DNA of 64,000 nucleotides, taken from Neophaeotheca triangularis (taxonomy: Eukaryota). How positions within the stretch are numbered: position 1 is the first letter of the stretch; each line of letters begins with the position of its first letter. Positions 35,074 to 45,685 of the stretch are shown one piece after another. The position numbers and the translations under genes are program-made. The DNA lies in the NCBI GenBank assembly GCA_054600435.1, contig BAAIJX010000057.1, forward strand, positions 62,001-126,000. Reading direction: 5' to 3'. The notes under the pieces are model-generated. The model worked only from the letters and a program-made list of their open reading frames with translations, had not been told where the DNA came from and did not search any database.

Positions 35074-38073
35074 ATGACCTCCTTGAAGCGCTCCCACGCC
35101 ACGGCGTCGCCAACTACCACGCTGAGCAGCAAGACTTACTTGAGAACCCTCAAATCCGGAAAAGTGCAAAAGATTGTCCGCGAGCTCTACCTCCGTCAAG
35201 ATATCCCCTGCTCGAGTAAGCTTTGTTCGGCATGTCTCGACATTGCTCCTTCAGGTTTTCATCATAAACCCGCGCCGTTCGTGCTTTCCGCCACTCCAGC
35301 TGGACACAAGAACTACCCCCAGGGCCATTATCTTGTGCCAGATACCAATGCCTTTCTTTCTGGAATGGATCTTTTTGAGACCGAGGGTGTCTTCCAAGAT
35401 GTCATCGTGTTGCAGACTGTGCTCGAGGAAGTCAAAAATCGCAGTTTGCCTCTGTACCATCGATTGATCGCCCTGACCAAGAACGAGGGTAAACGCTTCT
35501 ACGTCTTCTTCAACGAGTTCCGCCTGGAGACTTATGTCCAGCGCGATGTTGGCGAGAGCATCAACGACCGTAACGATAGAGCAGTACGGAGAGCGTGTGC
35601 CTGGTACGGAGAGCATCTTGGTGCGGCTACGAAAGCGAAGCAAAGTGTGCGAACACCGGCTGTCGTGATGGTCACTGATGACAAGGGGAACACTGAAAAG
35701 GCACATACTGAGGGAGTTGCAGCTACTACCTTGAAGCACTACGTTTCTTCGCTGCATGATTCCGACCGCTTGCTTGATATGCTCTCCGCCGGTAAGGAGC
35801 AGAGATCGGTCAAGGAGGGCAAGGTCGAATTGCTCTACCCTGATTACATGTCTGTTTCTGCCATGCAGACTGGTGTCAAGGCCGGCACACTGCATCAAGG
35901 CGTTTTCAACGTCTCGCCCTACAACTATCTAGAAGGCACCATTCACGTACCTGCTTTCGACAAGTCACTGATAATACAGGGCCGCGAGAACAGCAACCGA
36001 GCTGTTTCCGGCGACGTTGTCGTGGTCGAGGTACTGCCAAAAGATCAGTGGAAGGCGCCGAGTAGCAAGGTCATCGAAGAGGAAGACGTCAACAAGAACG
36101 AGAACGCTGAAAATGAGGATGACTCTGCAGAAGCTGTTGTTACGGAGCAAGAACGCCGAGCCCTGCAAGACGAAGTCAAGAAATCACATAGCAAGGGCGC
36201 TGACGCTCGTGCTCAGCCAACAGCGAGAGTAGTTGGTGTAATCAAACGGAACTGGCGCCAGTATGTTGGCCACATCGACAAGGATTCCGTACGGTCCACA
36301 ACAAAGTCGAGTCGTAGCCAGCAGACCGTCTTCCTCATTCCCATGGACAAACGTGTGCCCAAGATCCGAGTTCGAACTAGGCAAGCTGGCGATCTACTCG
36401 GCAAGCGCGTGCTCGTTACTATCGATAGTTGGGACCGCGAGAGCAGGTATCCGGTGGGCCATTTCATCCGATCCCTTGGCGAGCTCGAGACCAAAGGCGC
36501 CGAAACCGAAGCTCTGTTGCTCGAGTGGGACGTTCAGTATCGACCATTCCCCAAGACGGTATTGGACTGTCTACCCGCTGAAGGCCACGACTGGAAGGTG
36601 CCTGCAAGCACAGACGATCCAGGGTGGAGGAACCGTCGTGACTTGCGTGATCTGAACATTTGCTCTATCGATCCTCCCGGCTGCGTCGACATTGACGATG
36701 CCCTACACGCTTATCAGCTGCCTAACGGCAACTACCAAGTGGGTGTCCACATTGCGGATGTTTCACACTTCGTCAAGCCCAACAATGCCATGGACACGGA
36801 AGCGTCTCTCCGGGGTACAACTGTATACCTCGTTGACAAACGAATCGACATGCTTCCGATGCTTCTTGGAACCGACCTCTGCTCGCTCAAGCCCTACGTC
36901 GAACGCTATGCCTTTAGCGTGATCTGGGAGCTGGACCAAAACGCCGACATCGTCAGCGCTGACTTCACCAAAAGCGTCATCAAAAGCCGTGAAGCCTTTA
37001 GCTACGAGCAAGCCCAACTGCGCATCGACGACAAATCGCAGCAAGACGAACTGACAACAGGCATGCGCTGCCTGATGATGCTTTCGAAAAAGCTCCGCGC
37101 TAAGCGCATGGCAGCCGGTGCTCTCAACCTAGCCTCTCCCGAAGTGCGCGTCGAAGCCGACTCGGAAACCTCCGACCCTCAAGACGTCAAGACCAAACAG
37201 CTCCTCGACACCAACCAGCTAGTGGAAGAATTCATGCTGCTCGCCAACATATCCGTCGCAGGCAAAAACTACAGCGCTTTCCCCCAAACCGCGCTCCTCC
37301 GCCGCCACGCCGCGCCACCCAAAAGCAATTTCGAAGAACTCTCCAACCAACTCAAAGTGAAGAAGGACATGGAAATCCGCACCGACAGCTCGCGCGCCGT
37401 CGCCGACTCCCTCGACGCGTGCACCGACCCCCAGGAGCCCTTCTTCAATACCCTCGTGCGCATCCTCGCCACCCGCTGCATGATGTCCGCCGAGTACTTC
37501 TGCTCCGGCACGCAAGCCTACCCCGAATTCCGCCACTACGGCCTCGCGTCAGAAATCTACACGCACTTTACCAGCCCCATCCGTCGCTACGCGGATCTCG
37601 AAGCCCATAGGCAGCTGGCGGCTGCCATTGAGTACGAGCCTCTAGACGCCAGCTTGCAGAGCAGAGGCAAGCTCGAGGGCGTGTGTAAGAACATCAACGT
37701 CCGTCACCGTAATGCGCAGATGGCTGGGAGGGCTAGTGTGGAGTACTATGTCGGTCAGGCGCTCAAGGGCAAGGTTATCGAGGAGGATGGCTTTGTGATG
37801 CGGGTTTTTAGCAATGGGTTTGTCGTCTTTGTGCCGAGGTTTGGTATCGAGGGGTTGATCAGGCTGAAGGATCTCGGGGATGAAGATGGCAAGGAGCCCG
37901 AGGGGGTGTTTGACGGGGAGAACTACGTCTTGGAAGTCAAGGGAGGCAAGTTTGCGAGCAAGAAGGGTAGCGGTGGCAGGAAGGTGGAGCTGTTCGAGAA
38001 AGTCAAGGTCAGGATTGCGGATGAGGCCGAAGAGAGCACGGGGAAGAGAAAGGTCAAGCTTGAATTGCTGTAG
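35074..38073 (+). CDS. DIS3: Exosome catalytic subunit DIS3/RRP44 (PIN + RNB)
   Basis: VRELYLRQDIPC, PIN PDTN / ESINDRNDRAVR, RNB SIDPPGCVDIDDALH and YTHFTSPIRRYAD. Confidence 0.97.
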   Translation: MTSLKRSHATASPTTTLSSKTYLRTLKSGKVQKIVRELYLRQDIPCSSKLCSACLDIAPSGFHHKPAPFVLSATPAGHKNYPQGHYLVPDTNAFLSGMDLFETEGVFQDVIVLQTVLEEVKNRSLPLYHRLIALTKNEGKRFYVFFNEFRLETYVQRDVGESINDRNDRAVRRACAWYGEHLGAATKAKQSVRTPAVVMVTDDKGNTEKAHTEGVAATTLKHYVSSLHDSDRLLDMLSAGKEQRSVKEGKVELLYPDYMSVSAMQTGVKAGTLHQGVFNVSPYNYLEGTIHVPAFDKSLIIQGRENSNRAVSGDVVVVEVLPKDQWKAPSSKVIEEEDVNKNENAENEDDSAEAVVTEQERRALQDEVKKSHSKGADARAQPTARVVGVIKRNWRQYVGHIDKDSVRSTTKSSRSQQTVFLIPMDKRVPKIRVRTRQAGDLLGKRVLVTIDSWDRESRYPVGHFIRSLGELETKGAETEALLLEWDVQYRPFPKTVLDCLPAEGHDWKVPASTDDPGWRNRRDLRDLNICSIDPPGCVDIDDALHAYQLPNGNYQVGVHIADVSHFVKPNNAMDTEASLRGTTVYLVDKRIDMLPMLLGTDLCSLKPYVERYAFSVIWELDQNADIVSADFTKSVIKSREAFSYEQAQLRIDDKSQQDELTTGMRCLMMLSKKLRAKRMAAGALNLASPEVRVEADSETSDPQDVKTKQLLDTNQLVEEFMLLANISVAGKNYSAFPQTALLRRHAAPPKSNFEELSNQLKVKKDMEIRTDSSRAVADSLDACTDPQEPFFNTLVRILATRCMMSAEYFCSGTQAYPEFRHYGLASEIYTHFTSPIRRYADLEAHRQLAAAIEYEPLDASLQSRGKLEGVCKNINVRHRNAQMAGRASVEYYVGQALKGKVIEEDGFVMRVFSNGFVVFVPRFGIEGLIRLKDLGDEDGKEPEGVFDGENYVLEVKGGKFASKKGSGGRKVELFEKVKVRIADEAEESTGKRKVKLELL

Positions 38074-38226
38074 CGAGCTTGTCGTGGTTTTCGTGAGCTA
38101 GCCAGATCGATTTCCTAATGTAACAAAATGCCGTGCTAGCCTCCAGACTCATAGCTGTGTGAACGCCTCAAAACACCCGTAATTGCGGTCCGAAGCATTG
38201 AATTGACAATTTCCATGGCCACCCGC

Positions 38227-39260
38227 TTAATCGCTGTCGTAGTCGAGCGCCTCGTCTCTTTGCCCACCGCCCCTCCTCTCAGTCTCTTCCAACCTATCCT
38301 CCGTTTCATCCTCGGCGCCCTCTTCCTCCTCCGGCCCGGAAACCTCATCCCCACTCTCCTCGTCCTCATCCTCGTCATCATCTTGCTCGTCAACATTAGT
38401 AGGCTCGTCCCCATCCCCATCGTCATCCTCGCCTTCGCCATCCGTCTCCCGCGCAGCAACAGCGGCGCCGCTCTGCCCCTTGAATTTCTTGAAAGGGCGC
38501 TCATCATCGGCCGCGGTCTCGGCGTTTCCATTCGCCGCTGCAGTGCCATTGACACCTTTCGTGGTGAAATCGCCGTTCACGCCCTCGGCGATTTCGCTCT
38601 CCTCTCCGGTGGCAGGTTTGCTGCCTTCGGTAGTCTTCTGCTCTGCTTTGACGCGACGGCGGTAGTTGTTGCGCTTGTCGCATTGGATTTCGTTGTATTC
38701 TGGAGATTTGTGTTAGTCAATTTGTCTTGGTGGGGTTTTGGCAAGGGGCGACTTGCTTTGCAGCTCGGCTTCGAGTCTGGGGAGGAAGTTTTCGAGTTCG
38801 GCGTCTTTGATGGCGGTCATGACGTGCAGAGGCGGTATTGTCTTCTTGCCATCTGCTCTGGTGATGTCGTTGGCGCTGTGGTAGTATGTTAGAATACCGC
38901 GTGTCAAGGGGCTAGGACGAATACATACTTTGAAGCGAGATAGCTGACGAAGACGGTAGCGCTCTTGTGTAAAGCGAGCAAGGCATCCTTGTGGATTTGG
39001 GTATTGGGTGGCAACACCCCTTTGGCGAGTCGGCCGATCATGGATTTTGGTAGAGAAAAGTCCTGGTAGGGTTCGTCGGTTTGGAGGCTTTCGGATTGAG
39101 CTTCTTCGCCACTCACCTCGACGCTCATGCCGTCTTTTGGTTCTTTTGGGTCTTTTGGCTCCTTTGGCTCCTTGGACGCTTTGGTATTACTCGGGCCTGC
39201 TTCGATGGGTTCATCTTGCTCGTGGGGAGTGGCAGAAACATTACTCCTCCTGCCGGGCAT
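38227..39260 (-). CDS. DPB4: Histone-fold DNA polymerase epsilon/CHRAC subunit DPB4, about 4 exons
   Basis: Spliced DFSLPKSMIGRLAKGVLPPNTQIHKDALLALHKSATVFVSYLAS..ANDIT..KKTIPPLHVMTAIKDAELENFLPRLEAEL..YNEIQCDKRN with an acidic tail. Confidence 0.88.
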
Positions 39261-39393
39261 GATGGTCGATGGTCAGCAGGGTTGGATGTTGATGATTTCT
39301 TTCCTTTGAAGGGAGAAGTAGACACAGTGGATTCGGGGTGAATGTGGTGGGAGTGCAAGGTATTGAAGTTGGTGGGTTGAAGTCTTAAGGTTG

Positions 39394-39415
39394 ACGCGAG
39401 ACTCGCCAAACGCGT
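39394..39415. promoter_or_regulatory. MCB pair upstream of DPB4
   Basis: ACGCGA at 39394 and ACGCGT at 39410-39415, about 135-155 bp upstream of the ATG. Confidence 0.55.
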
Positions 39416-39798
39416 AGGTGGTTGGCCGTAAGTAAGTTGGAGCGACGGGAGAGGGTGCAGGGCTTGTGCTGGTGTGTGTGTGGTGCCGCTAGCTAGCGCG
39501 GTCCCCGTAAGTTACAGTATAATACCTTAACAACAATACAAGAGGTTATGTACCTTCTTCTTCATCACCTCGAATGCCGAGCTTTGGCCTTGATCTTGAC
39601 CTCATCTTCATCTTCCGAAGCCCGCTTGCAGTACAGTACAGTAGTACCGGTACCTAGGTAGGTAGTAGGTAGTAGGTAGGTGGTACTTTCACTATCACCA
39701 TGACAGTCTCTTCACAGCGAAATATAAAGGAGTGGAATCGAATTATAAAGGCCTCACTAGCAGGCAAGCTTGTTAACAGCCTTCATACCTCGACATGC

Positions 39799-39800
<2 letters not shown>

Positions 39801-39829
<29 letters not shown>

Positions 39830-39842
39830 CTTCTTCTTCTTC
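39801..39842. repeat. (TTC)14 microsatellite
   Basis: Perfect trinucleotide run seen directly. Confidence 0.95.
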
Positions 39843-40436
39843 AACTGAGGCCTACGGATACCCGAGAAAACAGCCTAGTCCGGTGAGAATGATGAGGACG
39901 TTTGTGCGCTTGGAGGAAATTAGCCACAGGATGGCCACCTTCAAGCAACAGTGTCATCTAATGGCCGCCGCCGCCTTTCTATTCGATTGCTGGAGGAAAC
40001 ACTGCTCGGAAACCGAATTGGACCAATCCGAAAAGACGTCGAAGAAGCTAGTAATCCTTCACCGCGAGACTCACTACTCGACTTCAGCAAACGCAATCAA
40101 TTCATTAATGTCCTCAAACAGTATAAGTAAGACCACACTAAAGTGCTTTCTTTCCCTTCCCTCCAGCACAATAAGTCGCCAATCCAAAATCCTTTCACAT
40201 TGTCTACCTTTTTGAGGACGTCTTCGAGAATGCTACAACGTACAAACGAGCCTTGCGACTCTTACCCAAAACCTAACTACAAGCTGTACAGTATTACAGT
40301 CCCGTCGATAACTACTGTCAAGGTACCCTACCCTTTCAAAACCCTACCGAGTACGATCAAGGCCGCTCTAGTTGCGACAACGACTGCTAGTCGACGACCT
40401 GAAGCCTTCAGTTCGCGATGGGACGATACGGTTGCC

Positions 40437-41357
40437 ATGTGGACTAAACGCGATTCAACGGATGAGAAGAGACTGAAAACCACAGCCGCTCTCATCAAGC
40501 TAGACAGCAAACTCGGTGTCGCTGGAGACCCGCCCCTCCAACCTGAAGCAGCAACGTCGCACCGAGAATCGCAGATCGATCGCCCAACGAAGACAACCAT
40601 CAACTCCGCCTCAGGGTACGACCCATCAAAAGGCCTCGACAATCTCCCAGGCGAAGTTCGTAACGTCTTCTACCGCGCGGCCGTCGTGGCACCCCTTGGA
40701 ACACCGATCCCGGCCTTCACCAAATCCACCCCGACCACCACAACCCTCACCTGGAAACACACGCCTCCCGCCCTCGCAACCGCCTTCCCCCTCCTCCGCC
40801 ACAAAATCCTCTCCCTCTACTACAGCGAAAACGACTTCCTCTTCACCCGCAGCATGAACCCCACCGCCACATTGTGGTCCAACTTCCTCTCCCACCTCAA
40901 TCCCACCAACACCGCCCACCTCCGTCAAATCACCATAACCCACGGCGTGCACTACAGCACCAACCAAGCCCCCTCCGGAATCTACGACTGGGAACACATC
41001 TTCATGTCCACGCAACTCACGCTGCAACCCCTCACAGGCCTGGTAGCCGCCTCCCTCCGCTACGACAACGACGCCAACTTCTGCTGCTGCGCGTTCCGAA
41101 CCGCATGGAGATGCGCGAGTCTCGTCACTTTGGGTGAGGAGTTCAGGCGAGGTGGTGGCGGTGCGCTGCTCTGGCATGTGGGCAAGCTTTTTGAGTTTCT
41201 GCGCTCTCAGGAGCAAGCGTGGCTGAGGCGCTGTGATCGAGGCGTGGCGCCGGCGTGTCCTGGGTGTGGTAGGGGGAAGGCTTATTGGTGCGAGGTCGCT
41301 GGGGTCGAGAGGGTGATTCAGTGTTGGAGTCCGTCGGAGGTCTGGGAGGCGAGTTGA
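40437..41357 (+). CDS. Hypothetical protein with an 'LPxExRNxIY'-type F-box-like motif; start uncertain
   Basis: Long ORF with GLDNLPGEVRNVFY...PPALATAFPLLRHKILSLYYSENDF, the pattern of a large Dothideomycete uncharacterised family. Confidence 0.6.
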   Translation: MWTKRDSTDEKRLKTTAALIKLDSKLGVAGDPPLQPEAATSHRESQIDRPTKTTINSASGYDPSKGLDNLPGEVRNVFYRAAVVAPLGTPIPAFTKSTPTTTTLTWKHTPPALATAFPLLRHKILSLYYSENDFLFTRSMNPTATLWSNFLSHLNPTNTAHLRQITITHGVHYSTNQAPSGIYDWEHIFMSTQLTLQPLTGLVAASLRYDNDANFCCCAFRTAWRCASLVTLGEEFRRGGGGALLWHVGKLFEFLRSQEQAWLRRCDRGVAPACPGCGRGKAYWCEVAGVERVIQCWSPSEVWEAS

Positions 41358-41937
41358 GAGGGTGGGAGATGGGTGGAAGTTTGTCGTGGCTGCAAGGTAC
41401 TCTGGGTTTGGGCGGTTGAGCAGGGTCGCTGGGGAGTGGGAAAAGGGCTCAGGTGGTGGCATTTTCCTTGCAGGGCGTTGCTTTGGTGCTTTGAGTTCCT
41501 GCAAAACTTTTCCTCTGCTTGACATTTGAATGACTGCGTTGGATAGGCACGAGAAGAAATTACAATGGTCTGCATTCTTTATTTTTTTGAGCTAAACCGA
41601 CTTTTCTCAACCCGGTAACTCTACCAGCATTTCATGTCGTTGTAGGCTGCATTCTGTGCAGCGAAGCAAACCGCACGTCTCACTTCTTGGGTATCTTATA
41701 TGCGTCCCCTACGCATGACTAGTAGATGAATCGTATTCTGCGCGCTCTGAATAAAGTCAGTATATGATTGATCTCCAGGCTATACAAAGGCTGGCTTACG
41801 CTTGCTTTCCGAGACCGCAGCATCCAACGCCTGAAATGCTCAAGTAGCCAGAGCCAAGCGCTCACTATGCCGAAAAAAGCGTAAGTATATCGAATAAACA
41901 TGACACATCTCCAAATCCTTTCTCCCCCATCAGCTCA

Positions 41938-42654
41938 CTACCTCATTTGCTTGGGCTCCGTAGGCGCAAGCCCAGGAACATTGGCATAACGCTCCTGCCG
42001 CTCCGTCTTGAAAGTAACCTGCACCCAAAACTCCTTGCTGTCCTCATCGAACCAAGTCCAGAACTTGTCCTCCGCGCGATCAATCTCCTTGGCCTGCAAC
42101 TTGAAACCCAGCGTTTCGTACGGCTCTGCGGCGATCAGCAAGTACTGGAACGCAGCATCGGGATCCTCGACCTTCTGCTCGTGAGCGCTCATGAAACGCA
42201 CGCGCGGCACGGCGCCGGGCGAGATCTCGCCGTACTCGAGCTGGAACGTGAGGCCCAGCTGCTTCGTCACGGGGTCGCGCGTCTTGACGATATTGTACCC
42301 AGGCGTGCCGATCTTGACGACGTTCTTCTTGACCTGCACGGCGTTGGCACCCGTGTAGCCCTCTTCCTTTTTCTGGCCCATTTGCGCTTCCTTGGCGGCG
42401 CGGCGCGCGAGGTTGGTCTGGTGCTTGCGGCCTTGGGTGTGCGCGAGATAGGAGCCATCGTTTTGGTGGACGGTGAGGCAGAGGCGGCATTCGAAGCTGC
42501 CGACGTGGTTTTTGAAGAAGTACGGGTCTTTTTCCAGGTCGATGGTTTCGAGGGCCAGTTTGCGCAGGCGCTCGCGGCGGTCCGCGTTGGTGGCGGATTG
42601 CGAGGCTACGCCACCGCCGCCGAATTTGGAGCCCGCTCGGTTTTGGTAGTCCAT
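41938..42654 (-). CDS. PRP11: Splicing factor SF3a subunit 2 (SAP62/PRP11)
   Basis: MDYQNRAGSKFGGGG, DRRERLRKLALE, ZnF ECRLCLTVHQNDGSYLAHTQGRKHQTNL and FQYLLIAAEPYE. Confidence 0.96.
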   Translation of the reverse strand: MDYQNRAGSKFGGGGVASQSATNADRRERLRKLALETIDLEKDPYFFKNHVGSFECRLCLTVHQNDGSYLAHTQGRKHQTNLARRAAKEAQMGQKKEEGYTGANAVQVKKNVVKIGTPGYNIVKTRDPVTKQLGLTFQLEYGEISPGAVPRVRFMSAHEQKVEDPDAAFQYLLIAAEPYETLGFKLQAKEIDRAEDKFWTWFDEDSKEFWVQVTFKTERQERYANVPGLAPTEPKQMR

Positions 42655-43276
42655 GATGCTGGGGGAATTGTGTGAGGGGATGGGTGGAGGTTAAAAGGTT
42701 ATGTTGTGTAGGCGTGGTTTGAAGCTTCAAGAGCGCAAGGTAATGAGACAGTCCGTGCGTGTGTAAGATGAGATAAGATAAGATGTTTGGCAGCGACTTC
42801 CACATGCACAATAGATATGTTAAATATTAAAGGGCCAGTATTCACGTCTACCAAGCGGGGCATGGCTTATGCGCTTTCGGAAGTTTCGACTACACATGTC
42901 ATGCTCCTCTCTTGCAGACGGTCATTACTCATTACTGCGATTATTGTGTGGTAGTACTTAAGTGTCTCGTGTTCGCGATCCGGAGAGGCTCGGGTAGAGC
43001 GGCGTATGCCAACAATTGGCGCCGAGGAATAGCGGCGAGCAGTGCGTGAGGTGATAGATTGAACGAACGAACAAACGACTGGGCTGTATACCTTCAACGC
43101 CAATACGGAGACATTGGGATAGTAATGAGATTCCTTATTGACTCTTTGAGCCTTCTTTTACAGATCTAATGGCGTGGATAAGCTCTAGATTGTATAGCGA
43201 TACTCCTATATACCTAATCTACCTACTACATAGGTTTCCGGACCTATCCTATATTCATATCTCGGCCTATGCCACG

Positions 43277-43300
43277 TGCTAATGCTAATGCTAATGCTAA
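43277..43300. repeat. (TGCTAA)4 tandem repeat
   Basis: Seen directly. Confidence 0.85.
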
Positions 43301-43834
43301 TGCTGATACTCCACGAGTGCATTGGCTCCGTCTTGGCACTCGACAGGACCCCGTCTTGCCCGTCCCCACTTCATCCCGACCTCCATTCCACTCCCGCGCC
43401 CCTCGCCGACCTGCCCGACTCGAGATCGGAAGTCTTTCTTCGTTCTTGTTGACCTCGTCGACGTCTTTCTGTCAGCCCCATCCCTCGACTGGGAAGCTAA
43501 CGGTAAAAAAGCGGACATCCAATTCATGGAACCTTTTCCGCCTTTCTAACGTGATAGGCTGATACCCGTCCCTGAAAGCCAGTTTGCCGGCAGTGACGAT
43601 CTTCCGCCGGCTGTGACACCGTCCAAAGTCTCAGGGCAGCGTCAGGGCAGCGTCAGGGCGGCGCCAGGGCCCACCACGACGGACGACAGACTTTGGCCGT
43701 GTGAAGATAGACTTCCTTGACAAGCCTGCTCCCTCTTTTGTTGTTTACGAAGCCCGACAACATCTGCGCCAACCCGTTGCGCCATCAGCGACGACAACAG
43801 AGGTCGTGTCCAGTTGGCCGCCATTCGTCTTAAG

Positions 43835-43857
43835 CCCCCCCCCCCCCCCCCCCCCCC
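43835..43857. repeat. Poly-C homopolymer (23 nt)
   Basis: Seen directly. Confidence 0.95.
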
Positions 43858-44188
43858 GGCTACGACATCCATCTTTGAGAAATCATTTCCCCTCGCGCTG
43901 CCCTTCAGACCGGACCTCGTCTACAAGTCACAACCCGAATTCACTTGCTTGCTCGACTTCTTACGGCCAATGGACGTTGGGGTTCACTCTAATCCAGCAA
44001 ACCTCGCCCACTAACTCGTCCAATCTCACAACACCACCCCTCAACCCCGGACAAATGAGCAACCTCGCCGGAGGTGTCTCGCGGTAGCACGACAGAATGC
44101 ATTACGACCAGCACCAGCAATAACGGCCGCATTTGAATACTCAGTCTGACTTGGTTCCGGGCTTGATCGCCTTAACTACTCCAGTGCT

Positions 44189-45685
44189 ATGGCGATCCAT
44201 CGTGGAGTCCAGTCGGCCATCTTTTACTACCTGTCATGCGCACCCTGTACCGACTACAACTACCGTAAGAGGCGGAAGAAGGAGGCGAGGAAGGATAGAG
44301 AGGGTAGAGAGGCATTGGAATCAGAGCAGCCGGGCCTATATCGGCACCCCTCGCCGTTCTCGACGAACCAGCATTGGGACGCGGATCGATTATTAGGGCC
44401 TATACCTGTGCGTGGTAAGAAGAAGTCACAAGCGGAGAACAAGAGAGCGAGCAAGTCGGCTGGTATCGATAGCAATGCAGGTGGTAGCAACATTGCGAGT
44501 ACTACGACTTTGGAAGAGGAACACTCGCCGGATGCCGAGGACGATGATAGATGGAACAGGCGCCCATACCAAAGACAGGACGAGGAGCTATGGCGTACTG
44601 TGCCGGCGGACGAACGGCAGAGGTCACGTAACGGGGGGCTTTCCGGAAGCGTGCCTCTTTCGAGGCCGGCGACAGCGAGGACAACGGATTCATCGCAGAG
44701 CTACCATAGCAAGCGGAACCCAGCGATCAACGATCTGCATCCTCCTACGGTCACCCACGTCCAATCTAGAGAGGATGTAGCGTGGATGCTGCAGCCTCCT
44801 CCAGTAGCAGCAGTCATGCATGGCTCAGAAAAGCCGACACGCAGCAGGAGCAATAGCGGAAGTAGTCGACCTTCAGCGAGAGACAGCAGCATCGCTCTCT
44901 CGCGCCAAGTCAGTGAGCGCATCATGCTTCAAAAGCTCAAGTCGAGCGACACGCTAGCTCCTTCCATGTCACGGACAAGCTCCAGCGGCACCGTCTTAGG
45001 AGGCGCCCACCAACGCCACGACCGAAGCAGCCCCATCCCAGCCCCCAACATGGCAGAAAGCTCTGCAGACGACTCGCCCTCCAAGAAACGGGAAAAACGA
45101 AAGCCCAAACCCCTCAAAATCTCCGAGGAAGACTCCTCGGCCGGCTCCGCCATCACCGTCGTCCGCCGCCCCAACGGCCTCCCCAGCGAATCCAATCCCT
45201 CGACGGACAAATTCCTCAAAGTCGCCTCGCGCCCGCAACTCTCCACTATCAACTCCGACAACAACAACACCGCACCCGACTCTAACACCCTGACCCCTCA
45301 CGCCCACCTCCGCGAAAGAAGCAACACCCACGACTCCATCTCCTCGGAAGACCTGGAATGGCGCGACCGCGCTGCCCGCCGCTCGCCACTTCTCGTCAAC
45401 AACGACTCCCTGGCAGGTTTACAAGAGCTAGTCATGCCTAGCAACGCTCTCAAAACAAATCCTCCCTCGGCTACTACTACGGCCACCTTCAAGCCGCCTC
45501 CTGTCGTGGAAGCGCGCCTGCATGTCCGGCAAAAGGCTTCGCGTGAAGCTATGTTACACCGTTCGAGCAGCGAGGAGACGCTGCCGCCTTTTGACAGCTT
45601 GTTGGCGAGGGAGATGGATTTGCCCAGGTGGATCGAGGAGCATACTAAGCGTGATGTTGCGCAGAGGTGGAGTATGGATATTTGA
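44189..45685 (+). CDS. Fungal hypothetical protein, mostly disordered
   Basis: 498 aa ORF with family-like motifs QSAIFYYLSCAPC, YRHPSPFSTN, NPAINDLHPP, WMLQPPP and C-terminal RWSMDI. A short upstream exon near 44056-44084 is possible. Confidence 0.8.
   Translation: MAIHRGVQSAIFYYLSCAPCTDYNYRKRRKKEARKDREGREALESEQPGLYRHPSPFSTNQHWDADRLLGPIPVRGKKKSQAENKRASKSAGIDSNAGGSNIASTTTLEEEHSPDAEDDDRWNRRPYQRQDEELWRTVPADERQRSRNGGLSGSVPLSRPATARTTDSSQSYHSKRNPAINDLHPPTVTHVQSREDVAWMLQPPPVAAVMHGSEKPTRSRSNSGSSRPSARDSSIALSRQVSERIMLQKLKSSDTLAPSMSRTSSSGTVLGGAHQRHDRSSPIPAPNMAESSADDSPSKKREKRKPKPLKISEEDSSAGSAITVVRRPNGLPSESNPSTDKFLKVASRPQLSTINSDNNNTAPDSNTLTPHAHLRERSNTHDSISSEDLEWRDRAARRSPLLVNNDSLAGLQELVMPSNALKTNPPSATTTATFKPPPVVEARLHVRQKASREAMLHRSSSEETLPPFDSLLAREMDLPRWIEEHTKRDVAQRWSMDI

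Noticed and set aside
41947..42811. Long antisense and alternative-frame ORFs over PRP11 (similarly 40626-41525, 47308-48072, 31625-32560, 38203-38892)
   Set aside because: Shadow ORFs caused by GC-rich codon usage of real genes; no recognisable domains.
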